Part shown: in pieces, positions 10,301-22,944 of the stretch
Position numbering within the stretch: the first letter of the stretch is position 1
Layout: every line of letters starts with the position of its first letter
Source of the DNA: Auanema rhodensis
Lineage: Eukaryota > Animalia > Nematoda
Assembly: GCA_964057225.1 (NCBI GenBank)
Contig: OZ059897.1
Coordinates: forward strand, 15,066,001-15,130,000
Direction of reading: 5' to 3'
DNA length: 64,000 nucleotides
Notes under the pieces: model-generated
Seen by the model: the letters and a program-made list of their open reading frames with translations, nothing else
Database searches by the model: none
Told to the model about the DNA's origin: nothing
Translations under genes and position numbers: made by a program

Positions 10301-13300
10301 CTTTGAATTTTGATAATGAATGAACTACAGTGTCCACGTCAACCAGGATGGGCTCCATGTATTACGAAAGATCAAGCCAACGATCGATTCCGCAACTGTT
10401 GTGCCCGATTAGGAGAAGGGTGTGTTCCTCTTTGCAATTATGATGCCACATTAGCCACGGTAAGAAGCCTTCTATATTCTTGTTCAAATCAAAGACTGCT
10501 TTCAGATGCAACTGGCTGTCTTGACCGGGCGTTGTCCTCTGAACAAGGTGGCCGATATGATGATATGCGCATCAGGATATCAAGATGCCACTCCCTGCTG
10601 CGAAGCCTATAACGTCTTTGAACCAGGATATGAACATTGCCGTCCTTATTGTAATCCAGCCGCGGGATTACCGCAAGGAGGATTGCTATCAGAAAAATAC
10701 AAGTGTCTTGTTAAGTTGGGTGCCATTCAGCAGTGCTTCTACGTATCTCAAAAACCATAGATACTGATTAATTTTTGAATGTGTTTTGCGAGTCCTTATT
10801 TCTCAGAAGAGTTGTCTTTCCTTACCGTAAATCAATCCAGGCGTGCAATAAGAGCTATATCTATCTCTTAGGTTATATCAAGTTTTCTCATGATATGTTA
10901 ATTAAGCAAAGATATCATATAATAAATTCTGACAAATTTTAAGTGTCTTAAATAAAGTTTCTAAATAAACTTACTGTTGAAAAACTCCTGTATCATTCAG
11001 AATATTAATTCCTTCATTTTGAGAGGAATATGCCCCGATCAACGAGAATATATACATCGATCCTCCATATGATAGATTTTTCACAGAAAACACGTTTTGA
11101 CCTTGGCAAAGCTGAAGCAAAATATTAGGCTTTCCATGGCATATATACTCACATTATCAAGAGCAATTTTGAACTCTTGAGCATAAGATTCTAAAGTTTC
11201 CATTAATAATGGATAGTCCGAACAAAGTTGGAGTGAAAATAGAATAGCATTACGAACACAAACAAATAGAAGTTTGTTTGAATTAATGCCCCATGATGGT
11301 TGAAGCCCGTTCGCAACACTAACTTCAGAAAGTAGCTGAAAAGAGAAAGCATAAGCACAGTATATTTCGTGCTCAAACCTTAACAAAAATTGCATTTATA
11401 CTTTCTACTTTATCGACACGTCTAGCTGTATCAACGTCATCAAGCAGAGAAGTATACAATAGAGAAACAACTTTTAAATTCAAAGAATCTCCTTTCCAAC
11501 AGCTTTCAATTAATGATTGATGATCACTTCTATCTACAAACCTTTGGTAAGAAAGGATAAATCACAGCATTGAGATACCTTTTTTCCATACAGAGGAAGA
11601 ATTAGAAGAATCTCGCGAAATATGAAGAAATAATGAATAATTAGAATCAGCGGCAGGCTTGCGTGAAGCATTTTGAATCGCAACCGTATTCAGTACATCA
11701 AATCTGTGATGAACTAATTCAGCACTTCTATAATCGGTTCATTTCAAAATTGAGTTATCAAAAAAATAATTACTGAGCATTAATGAATGTATACACAGGC
11801 TCGAGAGATTCGTTCAACTCATGATTTGCGTTTCCTGGTTTATTAATAGCTAAAGCTTCACAAGCGCTCTGAATTAAAGTAGGTAATGAAAGTATACTAG
11901 AACTCCACGAATTTGGCACAATTGAAGGAGCCTGAAATGATTTATAATGCTTTAAATTTTTTAACTTTTCAAATTGAGAATGTATTAGCGTAGGATCGAC
12001 GCACCGTATTTAACATATCTGCCATCAAAAGAGTGGCTTTAATTCCACTAGGGGCATCAGGTTGCGCAACAATTAGTCTAGAAAGGGCTTGTGGAAGCCC
12101 TGCGTTAATTAAAGCAAAAAAGGCAAAAGCGCGGAAAGAACTTAGAAGATCAACATGATTACAAAACTCCTGAAGCCAAAAATATAAAAAGGAAAAAACT
12201 ATTTGATTTTACCGAAGAGTAACGCATAATAATATCATTCTGCGCCAACACAAAATCTTCTTTCAACGATGATTCATAAGAATCGGGAGACGTCATAGAT
12301 CCTATCCAAACATCATGAACTTTTAAAAAAAAATTGAATAGTGTTACCATAGAAAGAAACTGCTTCATCCCAATCTTTAAATTTTCTGGAACTGTAAGGC
12401 AAATCCATGAATTCACAACAGAAATCCACAATCATATCTCTAATACGCCGTAGGTTTGCGTTTTCTACAGTACCCAAACCCAGATATTCTAATAATCTAC
12501 AGAAAGCAATATGATCATAATATGAAAAACTAAATATTGAAACCTTAACGGAGAAGAAGAAATAATAGTATTGTTGGGTCCTACAGCAGAACAAGCTATT
12601 AAACCCGGCCATGATCTCAGAATACACAGAAAAGAATTAGAAAAATTCTCCATGACTCTTTCAACTTCTCGTTCAGCACTAAGATATTAAAGATTCAATA
12701 GTAATTTTGAACTACTCACATTTCTGAAGGTAAAGATGTTTTTTGAAAAAATCCAAACTCGATTAGAGGAGCAAAAATTTGCTTCAAAACATATATTAAG
12801 AAACTTTACAGTTAGAAAGCAAACTTCAAGAACCAGATGTAGCTGAGCTTTTACTCTTACAATTGGATCGTCTAGCCAATGTATAAGTATTCTGCCAACC
12901 ATTGTAGCTAATCTTCGACTCACTTTAGCTGCGCCAGTTAGAACTCGAACCTATAATCCTATTTTCATAAGATATATTGGTATATATATATATCCAACCA
13001 TCCAATCTGTTCCTGCCATATTCAGAATATGACAGGGCTCATATATACAAAATTCCAGAAAGGTTGCAATACATGGCAAAGCTAACCTAGAATTTCACAG
13101 GTGAAAATATTTCTCATTGAACTTAGATAAAAGAATATACCTGTCATAATCACTGTGATAATGCTGACCAGTGTTGGGCTGCACTTCAGTATTACTATTA
13201 TCTTCCTTATCGATAACTCCTGTTATATTGATGGCAGATAAGGCAATCGCAATTACAGGCTGCATAACTGACCGCGGAAACGCATATTTTCTTCAAAAGT

Positions 13301-14047
13301 CATCAAGAAAGAAGTGAAAATGATATTATAAACAGAACATACTGTTTATTTTTCTGGGATTTAGAAGATTCAATCAACTTTTTCAGATTTGATGTTTGAT
13401 AAACAAGGATTAACTGGCTTATAAGTTGAAGAGCCTCAATACGTTCAACTTCATTTTCAACTCTCAAATCAAGTCCTCTTAAATATATAATTTTCAGATA
13501 ATGGCGCAAAGAAAGTCTAACCTGACAACATAAATGTCGATATGTGAAACTGATAACAAATAAGTTAAATTACGCTCTGTGAATAGACAGAGGCGAATAA
13601 TACGAAAACTCATGGCACGAAGTAAAGGATAGTCATCTTTAATGAATATAATGACTCTAAAAGATGAGAAGTAGGTCCAAATTTTAAAAATATCAAACTT
13701 TGAACAAATAGATTCGAAGAATTCATGTGAATTTAGAGCTTCCTGGGATGTTTCTTGTAATAATATATTTAATTTGTTCAAAAAATTATATTTTTCTTCA
13801 TATGAAGATTGAACTGAATGACTATAGCTTTCCTTAATTAAGATTTCACAGGCTGAACGATCAAATCGTGTGACTGCTGGTTTTTTAATAACAACTAAAC
13901 AGAACAAGTAACAATTAAATAGAGAGATTGCTTACTCTTGTTCTGTCTGGAACTTTGCCTCAAACTATTCACACGAAGAGACTCATTTTTCATACGTGCC
14001 GTCTTTGGAAGACGGGTAGGACGGTTCAAAGAGAATGATTCTGTCAT
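4317..14047 (-). CDS. rict-1: RICTOR (TORC2 subunit), many exons
   Basis: N-terminal LRAMSFRIIR..HIDIYVVRGLDLRVENEVERIEALQLI. Central VKVIVSCLNYKYEGMTRIILQKALT and RATIRGTAFWALNI. C-terminal HPWLFEWPCLYADVLELLDEYRFKARSRAFLQEIF. ATG at 14047 (MTESFSLNRP), stop at 4317-4319. Confidence 0.9.
8653..10760 (+). CDS. Secreted protein: signal peptide, ShK-like Cys module, long Gln/Pro-rich linker, C-terminal DB module; nested in a RICTOR intron
   Basis: MRNTSIFILLLGIAYAVAA signal peptide, then CQNAKCSHCDDEFIKRMCPKTCGPC, Q/P-rich exons, and ANDRFRNCC..CVPLCNYD..CPL..ICASGYQDATPCC..CRPYC..KC..IQQCF. TTTTAG immediately before ATG; AATAAA at 10921 and 10951. Confidence 0.85.
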
Positions 14048-14466
14048 TCAGAAGTCATCTATAAAGACTTCTTTGCAAAACTAATAGTTTTAAGCAAAAA
14101 AAACATTAAAATAAGGAAATAAAAACCAGATTGCTGAATGAAAAGGGGTACGAATACAAGTTTACGTACGAAGTTTTTGATCACACGAATTTTGGATGCC
14201 TTTTAGAACACGAATGTTCGGTTTGATGGGAAAATTATGGTTTTTCATTGAAAATTTGAAATGATCATTTAAATAAATATTCATAAATCAATTTACAGAA
14301 GATAATCTTATTCTTAAATTTTTTTATTAAAAAAACATTATTGCTCTTTTTTTGAATATCCTAGTATTTAGCGATATGCTTTTTAAAATTTTCAAAATGT
14401 TTTATAACTATAATACAACAACAACAAGAGTTAACTATTTTCTTAAAAATGATAATGAGAGAAATA

Positions 14467-17074
14467 TTAGTTTCTCAGAACGTTAAGAAACGCTTCTTTA
14501 GGAATTTGCACATTGCCTAACATCTTCATTCGTTCTTTACCCTTTTTTTGATGACTTAACTTTTTATTCAAACGCTCCATACCTATAATATTAAATGAGT
14601 TTATATAAATAGTTATGTTTTCAATTCAACCTCCTCCACCAAAGTTTCCTTTTAATAATTGACTGAAATCTCTCTTCATTGGTTGAATTGTTATTTGTGA
14701 CAATGCCTTTGTGGAACTGCCAACACAAGCTATAATTCGTATGCAAAATGAGGTTAATCCAAGATGCCAGTTGAACCTTTGATAATGACTTCAAACTGTT
14801 GTCTTGGGATTTCTCTCTTCAGCCTTTGAACCATGAGTTTTGCCCTATCTCTAGCCATAGCAGCTGGTATAATTTGTGAAAACTCAGGAATCTACATACA
14901 AAGACTTTATAATAGAAATACTGATTAAAAGCAAACCTCTTTTCCATTAATAGATATTGACAGTTTGATTAATTTGGATTCATTATAACCATCATGCTCA
15001 TAATCGAAAGATACATAGCCGGATGTTAAACGTTTAAGACGTTCGAAAAAATCAATTACAACTGAAAAAACAGTTAGTTCTGAAAAGGAATCACAGTTTA
15101 CCCTCAGCTAAAGGAAGCCGCCATATGATCATGACACGATCTTCATCAATGGACGATATATCACCACGTTCTCCCCTGCTCTCGGAACATAGACCATTAA
15201 CTATACCCATATGCTCTGTTTGAACGATCATTCGAACCTTAAAATAGTTTGAAATTTATAACATCTAACAAATCATTTTACCTTCACCATAGGTTCCAAA
15301 AACTGATCAACATCACTTTCTTCTGGAAACTTACTTGGATCTAATATGCGTATTTCAGGTTGACCATTATAACGTTTTTTTCTGATAGTTTCATTATCCT
15401 AAATAAAACTTTTAATGGATTTTTCTTTTCATTTAAACTTTGATAAGAGCACGATACTCAACAGAAGGTTGTGTAAGAATTACACTTGCTCCATATTCCT
15501 GATCAAGTCTAGCACCGAATACTTCCATATGGAGAACTCCAAGAAACCCTACCTTAAACACACCTTCATATTAATTTTTGGAATGTAATAGCAAATATAC
15601 CCTCCAACCCAAGCCCAAAGCATGGCTAGAATCAGGTGTAATTACAACTGAAGGATCATTTAAACTAAGTCTTTCGACAGCCTAAATAAAAATGTGTAAT
15701 AGCAAAAGAATTGTTGAAAAAATGAGTTACCTGTTTTAATCCATCATATTCAGAAGTTTCTAAGGGAAATAGACCAGCATAAACAGTGGGCTTGATGGGC
15801 TTGAAGCCCGGTAAAGGTTCTACAGTATCTTTAATCGCAGGATCGAATAAAGTTTCTCCAACAGCAGCCTCCTGCGAAAAAAATGAAATTAAACAAAATG
15901 GGGGAATACAAACCTTTACAGTCTTCATATTACAAATGATATATCCTACTTGACCAGATTGAAGACTTGCGCATGGCGTCATATCAGGTCTCATAATTCC
16001 AACCTTAAAAACAATATATCTCAATCTCTGAAAAAAAATACAAACCTCCACTACATCGTACTCTTTGTCATGATGGTAGCTTTTTATTTTTTGACCTTTT
16101 TTCACAGATCCTTCCTTAACAAGAATAAAAGCTATAGCTCCACGGAAATGTTCAAATAAAGAATCAAAGATAAATGCTCTGAAAAAAATTTCAAAACAAG
16201 AAATTACTTAGCAACTGTACTTGAAAGGTGCTTCACTTTCAACTGCTGGAGGAGGAATTCTATCAATAATATTATCTAATATATTTTCTATATTTAGACC
16301 CGTTTTTGCAGATATTTTCAAACTCTCCTCAGGATTAAATTCAAAAAGTTGCTTTAATTGATTTTCAACCTAAGCAACATTTATTATACATAAACTAGTA
16401 CAAATAACCTTACTTTTGGTATATTTGCCCCGGATAAATCAATTTTGTTAATTATCGGTATCATAGTAACATTTCTTTCAAAAGCCAACCAGAAATTCGA
16501 AATTGTCTGAAATAATAACAAGTCCAATAATACAAATTTATGTTACAAACTTGAGCTTGAACACCTTGATTAGCAGCAACTAATAATAATATTCCATCAC
16601 ATACTGACAATGAACGAAAAACTTCTGCAGAAAAATCAGCATGGCCGGGGGTATCTATAAGATTTAATAGATATCCCTGAAATGTATTTATGTTCTTTCA
16701 AATATTAAAGATTTATGAAACCTTGTATGGTAATGCGACTGTTTGAGCTTTAACAGTAATACCGCGTTCTCTTTCAACTTGAAGACGATCTAGCATTTGA
16801 CTATTCCTCTCCCCTTTTTTAATAACACCAGCTAATTCTAATAAGCGATCAGCTAAAGTACTTTTACCATGATCTACATGTGCTACAATGCTTAAAGATT
16901 TTTTTTTTAATTTCAACCGTTAATCGTATCAAACCTAAAATTCCGGATCTTATCAGGGGTATACTTTTCTAATTTTACAACTTTAGTAGGATCATCAGGC
17001 TTTAAAGAAAAATTGCGAACAAAATTTGTAATTCTATGATTACGATATACTCTAAAAATGACTCTCATATCCAT
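14467..17074 (-). CDS. GUF1: Mitochondrial translation factor GUF1/LepA (EF-4)
   Basis: [57 protein letters not shown], and C-terminal [26 protein letters not shown]. Arg-rich N-terminus is consistent with a mitochondrial targeting peptide. Confidence 0.95.
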
Positions 17075-17795
17075 TCAACATCACCTAAATATTTTTTTGT
17101 AAAATGTATATTTTAACAAAGTATTTGTATAATTTTAAATTAACTCTGCGGTCATGAACCTCAACAATTTAATAAAACATGTTCGATAGAATAATTTATA
17201 TAAAAATTACATACACAAATACAATGAATATATATCAAATTAAAGTTATAAATAACAACTAATAGAGTTAATCAATTTCTGTTCCAAATAAGTATATCAT
17301 ATAATAATAGAAATGACGATAAATCTGAAACCTAAACTAAATTATTATCCCTTATTAAATTGTTCAAGTGTGAAATAATTAGTTAAATTTGATAAATTAT
17401 ATGATTATTCACCAATGATACTAACCAAAACTTATATTAGTTAGGGTGTTTGTTTAATAAATAATTAAGCATAAACTCAATACTAAACAATGATAATTTT
17501 TTGTTTATTAATGTAAGTCTTCATCATAAGTTTTCATTAATTATGAATTTATTGGAACATAATGAATAAGAAAATAGAAAAGCTCTATCAATGATATATT
17601 ATCTGCACTCTGTTTAACTAGATGTTCATTTCATAAAATGTTACTTATTATTCAGGTGTTTGCGTTATCTACCGTGTTATATAACTAAAAGGATTGAACA
17701 TTATGAATCTAATAAATAAAATATTTATATATTTATTAATAATAGTTTATAAAACAATCAATTATAATGTAAACCAGTTAGATTATGTAATCTCA

Positions 17796-18133
17796 TCAGT
17801 TATCAATGTCTGGTACGATTCGAAGTTTTTTGCTAATATTCATATAGCTGATACAGCTCTTGAGGAAAGTAATTTGTCCTTCGTTTTCACGCTGATATTT
17901 TTTAAGTTTAGCATATAGAATAGGATCATCTGAAATATATTTTGTTCGTTTTTAAATACATATATGACAATACTTTTCATATGTTTTTCATCTTTCCAGA
18001 TTTCCGTACCTGAGTTAACCCAACGAATTAAATAAAGAATGTCGATCTCACGGAGCTTACAATCGACAACATGAATAGCACCGTTATCATAAATATCCAA
18101 AGATGGAATAAGAGAAGGCGATTCAGATGTCAT
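17796..18133 (-). CDS. Candidate two-exon orphan microprotein, 85 aa
   Basis: TTCAG acceptor just upstream of ATG 18133. Exon 1 is 18010-18133, the intron GTACGG..TTTCAG is 17930-18009, and exon 2 (17796-17929) is in frame. No recognised homology. Confidence 0.4.
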
Positions 18134-18574
18134 TAAACTCAAATATCTGAACATAATAGTTGAAAAATGTCAAATGTATGAATAAAGGAAAGCAATTATT
18201 TTCTAGGTATAGAGGAAAGCATATGTACATATTGATAGATGTTTGAATTAGACAGAAAAATTTTATACTTAAATGGAATCAAGGAATATTGTAATTTAAT
18301 TGTTAAACTAAGATGTAGATTTTGAGTTTTTGTTACAAGATAGCTATTTGTTAAATTGCTATTGAAATTTCTTGAATAATGATATATTTTACATGTTCGT
18401 ACTAGTTTAATTCTCTCATCTTATAATATTTTTGGTGGAAAGAAATAGGAAATGTTTTTTTTTATTAAACATAAAGAAGTTCTTGAAGGCTATAATATAG
18501 TATAATATATGAGATATTCCATGTCTCACATTTATTTAGACTTACTAGAGGAGGGAGGCTCTATCTAGAAATAA

Positions 18575-18588
18575 GTTGTCATAGCAAC
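18575..18588. promoter_or_regulatory. X-box (RFX/DAF-19 site) upstream of tub-1
   Basis: GTTGTCATAGCAAC is a near-palindromic match to the 14-bp nematode X-box, about 310 bp upstream of a ciliary gene. Confidence 0.8.
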
Positions 18589-18895
18589 TGTGGGCTAGCC
18601 CATTTTGGCTCAGCCTTCCTACGGCTCCTCTCATGCCCTATATGGAAACCAACAACTTTTCATTCTATTTTACGTATTTTGATACCATTTATAGATTTCA
18701 TGCTCTATATACTACTAAGCTAATGTATACGAGAATCCTATGTTCAACGTTTAATCTGTGTAGACTATCTAGATTTTAATGCTTTAATAGTATAAAAAAT
18801 TCTCAATTAATTAAAATGTAACTGCTCGTGAAATTTTGTATAATAATATCAAAATAAATTATTTCTTTTTTAATATTTCTTTCCAAATTTTAAGA

Positions 18896-21075
18896 ATGAC
18901 TGATAACTCAGAATGGATTAATCAAAATCTACAAAGACAGGTAAATTAATTGAAAATTTATGAAATTAAATCAAATCATACAAATATTATATGAAAGTTA
19001 TATTTATGAAAAGCGAAATATTTTTTTTGGAACTTGAGTAATGCAACATATCCTATTCAGAGGCGGATGTTAGAAGAAAAGCAAAAAATGAAGCGAATGT
19101 GCTCACCAAATATCAGAAGTAATCAAAATGCTTATTCACGATTAGAAAACTCAGAAGGGTAAGAATGAGCGTTGTAAGAGTGAGAATACTAAACAAATTG
19201 TTTTACAGAAGTGACGGTTATCCATTGGTTAATCACGCATTCAATGACAGAGATTTATCGTCGTTTTCTTCAACACCCGTTGTTGTCACGGATAATGTAG
19301 ACGTGGGAAGAACTAAAAACACTAGGACGCCTTCTCCGGAAAACAATGCCAGACCGGCTGGATCATTTTCCTTTTCAACTTCTGATCAATCAATCTCAGC
19401 ACAATCACAAGAAGGTGAAGAGTAAGTTGATCTATAAGCATTTCTTAAAACTAACTTCATATACTATACTTTAGTGATAATGATGCAGTGCACCGTTTGC
19501 TGTTGGGAAAACTTGAGAAGGCAGATATATCGAGCATGGTTACAAGTGATGATGAGGGTACAACAGGAACTGTTACAACTGGTCCGGACGGTCTCGAAAC
19601 GCACACTTTGCCTGTTACATTACAACCTGATTACGATGAAATCATGGCTGATGTTGAAGCGTACGTCATTGAAAAGCAAAATTACAAAATGATTTGATAT
19701 TTTTCAGATTTGTAAAATCACCAGCAAAGGGAAATAGGATATATCGTTGTTCTATTACACGTGACAAAAAAGGAATGGATAAAGGAATATATCCAACATA
19801 CTATTTACATTTAGAAAGAGAAGAAAAGAAAAAAGGAGTAAGAGTTACTTCAAAATATTAAAAACATTAATGATACTTCAGATTTTTCTGTTAGCAGCTC
19901 GTAAACGAAAGAAGAGTACAACAGCTAATTATTTGATCAGCTGTGATGCTACAGATCTTTCTAGAGATGCAGCATCTTTCATGGGAAAAGTCAGGTAAGT
20001 AAAGAATTTGAATATTTATAATACGACATGAGAATTAACAATTACGACAAATAGCTTTTAACTAGTATGTCTATTAAGATGTAATGCCATGGGTACCACT
20101 TTCGTCATTTATAATGGAGGACAAAATCCAAAAAAATGTAATACTTTGGATGTTCGTCAGGAATTAGCTGCAGTACTATATGTAAGTAATAAAGTTAAAT
20201 CAATATAAGTATATCATGAAGAAGAGGAAAATTATTCGTACGAAGCATCCATATATAGAATTTCCGGAAAGCAACCAGTGAACTGCGTTGAAATGACACA
20301 AAATGATGAGAATTATTTGACTTGCGTGTAATTAGCATAGACAAATGATGTCATGCGCATGTAGCTATGCCAATTAAAATAAAATATATGATTTAACATG
20401 TGACAATGACTGAATATGTTCAAAAATCAATAAAGATAATTAGAATTTTTTCAATATCATAACTAAAAACTATTAGCTTTGTTTCAGGATACCAATGTTC
20501 TTGGTTTTCGTGGCCCTCGAAAGATGACGGTAGTAATACCTGGAGTATATGATCCACATATCTCTTCTTCATTCAAACGTATTCCAATTCAACCAGTAGA
20601 TGAGAGAGATACATTAGTTGAGCGATATAAGAGAGTACGTTGTGATAGAGATACAAATGGTCAAATTGTGGTTATGACTAATAAGCCGCCAGTTTGGAAT
20701 GAAGGTATTATAATAATTTAAATAAATATTATATGATTTTATGCTGATTATAAAAACAAATAAAGTTGTTTATATGTAAATAACTAAATGATATTTGTTT
20801 TTCTTTTGCAGATTCACAATCCTATGTTTTGAATTTTCATGGTCGTGTAACACAAGCATCTGTTAAAAACTTTCAAATCATTCATCCTTCTGATCGTAAG
20901 AGATAATCAAGTTATAAAATATTTTAATATTTTACTTTTAGCTGAATATATTGTTATGCAATTTGGACGGATATCTGAAGATACATTCTCTATGGATTTT
21001 CGATATCCCTTGAGTGCTATACAAGCTTTTGGTATTGCTATGACAAGTTTTCATGGAAAAATAGCCTGTGAATAA
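18896..21075 (+). CDS. tub-1: Tubby family protein
   Basis: [25 protein letters not shown]-terminus. Tubby domain [101 protein letters not shown]. Confidence 0.95.
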
Positions 21076-21422
21076 TGTTTCAAGAAAATTCAAATCCATA
21101 TATCAAGAAAGAAATTAATAATTATTATTTTTTATGTTTAAACTTCTTGGAAAGTTTAAGGAAAAAAAATTAATAATAATAGTATTCCAAGATGTTATTT
21201 TTATTTTTTTTTGGAATTTTTTCTTCAATTTTCATGAAGATTTAATTCTACTGTAGTTTCAATAATTATAATAATATACTTCAAATGTTTTTGAAAAGAA
21301 AAACCAATAAATATTTTTTTTTATTATAAAATCTCTTAAGAGAAAAAAAATTTTGTATGGTCGTTTTACTTCCATTTATTTGAAAGAAAGTAAAAAAACA
21401 TATTCAGAGAACAAGGTAAATC

Positions 21423-21500
21423 AAAGAGAGAGGGAAGGAGAGAGAGAGGGAGAGGGGGAAGGAGAGAGAGAGGGAGAGGGGGAAGAAGAGAGAGAGAGAT
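21423..21500. repeat. Purine-rich (GA/GGA) low-complexity tract
   Basis: Tandem GGAAGGAGAGAGAGAGGGAGAGGG-like units. Confidence 0.85.
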
Positions 21501-22636
21501 AGAATAAAACTAATGAGTTATTTTGATTTAAACATCATTTTTTCTCACAAATAGAAGTATCCAACTTGTGAGGAAAATTAAAAACACCTAAAAACTGTGT
21601 CCCTTTTATGTTTTGTAAACATTTTTTTAGGAAATACACTTAATAGTTAAATTTCATTCTCGATGAACTTCTCTAACCACCTGGCAAACAAGTTTTATTC
21701 TTCTACTTCTTCGTCCAGTTTACAGGTCTGGTCAGTGCTTAGGTTAGGAAAAACCATTGAAAAGTGCTATTCAACAACATATTTCTTGTTTTTTTTTTCA
21801 AATTGTTTCAAACTGTTTTGGTTACAAACTGATCTGGAACATGATGAAACCGATTTTTTTCAAATAAAATTTGAAAGAATGTTTTTCAATGTGTTATAAT
21901 AATTATTTGTAAACAAAAAAAAACAAATAACTATGTATTTTTGAAAATAATTAGTTATTATTATTATAATAAAGAAATAAACAATATTGAAAATTCTATT
22001 ATCATATTATATATATATATATAGAATATTTCATTTAAATTATGACTAATAAGATAACGAGGAAAATAACTTTCTTTATAGAAATTAAAAAAAAATTTTT
22101 ATTTTTCTGATCCTTTTTGTAGTTTGATTTTATATTTCTCCTATTTTTATTTAAAACAATAGATTATATCTAGTTTACAATATTATATTTTATTTTGAAT
22201 TATGATATGTACTATATATATTATTTTAATATAAATTTAACTTAAGATAACTATATATTTACTATTCATACAGATATAATAATAAAATAGTATAATCTAT
22301 ATAATAGAAAGTCCATTATGTGATTTATACTAAAACACAAGGTATGGTGTACCCGGTACGGAACGGCATCTGACTAATCATCTCACAACATCTCTACTTT
22401 CTCTTGATATTTTAAATGTCAAAAAGAGAACTTTTGTCATTTATAATATTCAAATTCTTTTATAAACAAAATCTACTCAAAAAAAACTCAAAACCATCCT
22501 CTTTTCTTTATTTTCTTCTTGTTCTTCCAAAAAGTTTATATATCTTAACCTCACAATTGATATTGAAAGACAACTCTATAGTTATATCTCTTTATTTGAA
22601 TATCACATTCCTGATATTATTGTATCTTTTAATTAG

Positions 22637-22944
22637 AATTTTCGGGGCTGGTACGGTTTTTCCCCTCCACCCCCCTAATTACAGTACCATTAGAGAGCAC
22701 GCGTTGAATTGCATATTTAATGAGCGCCATAACTTTGAACTTTGAAAATAATTAAGCTTTAGATTTTTATTGAAGCTCTCTCCATCTGAAACGGATACCT
22801 CCCCTCACACCCCCCGGATCAGAGATAGAGCACTCCTGCTGGTTTATGCAAAGCTGGGAGTGCCCAAAATCCTATGCACGCTCTAATGTTAATTTTTGGA
22901 TGAATCGGTGAGGTGGTGGGCGAAACCGTAGCAGCGCCAAAATT
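22637..22944. mobile_element. Degenerate MITE-like foldback element, about 310 bp
   Basis: Left arm AATTTTCGGGGCTGGTACGGTTTTTCCCCTCCACC versus reverse complement of right arm AATTTTGGCGCTGCTACGGTTTCGCCCACCACC. Inner arms CATTAGAG/CTCTAATG. GC-richer than the flanks. Confidence 0.6.
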
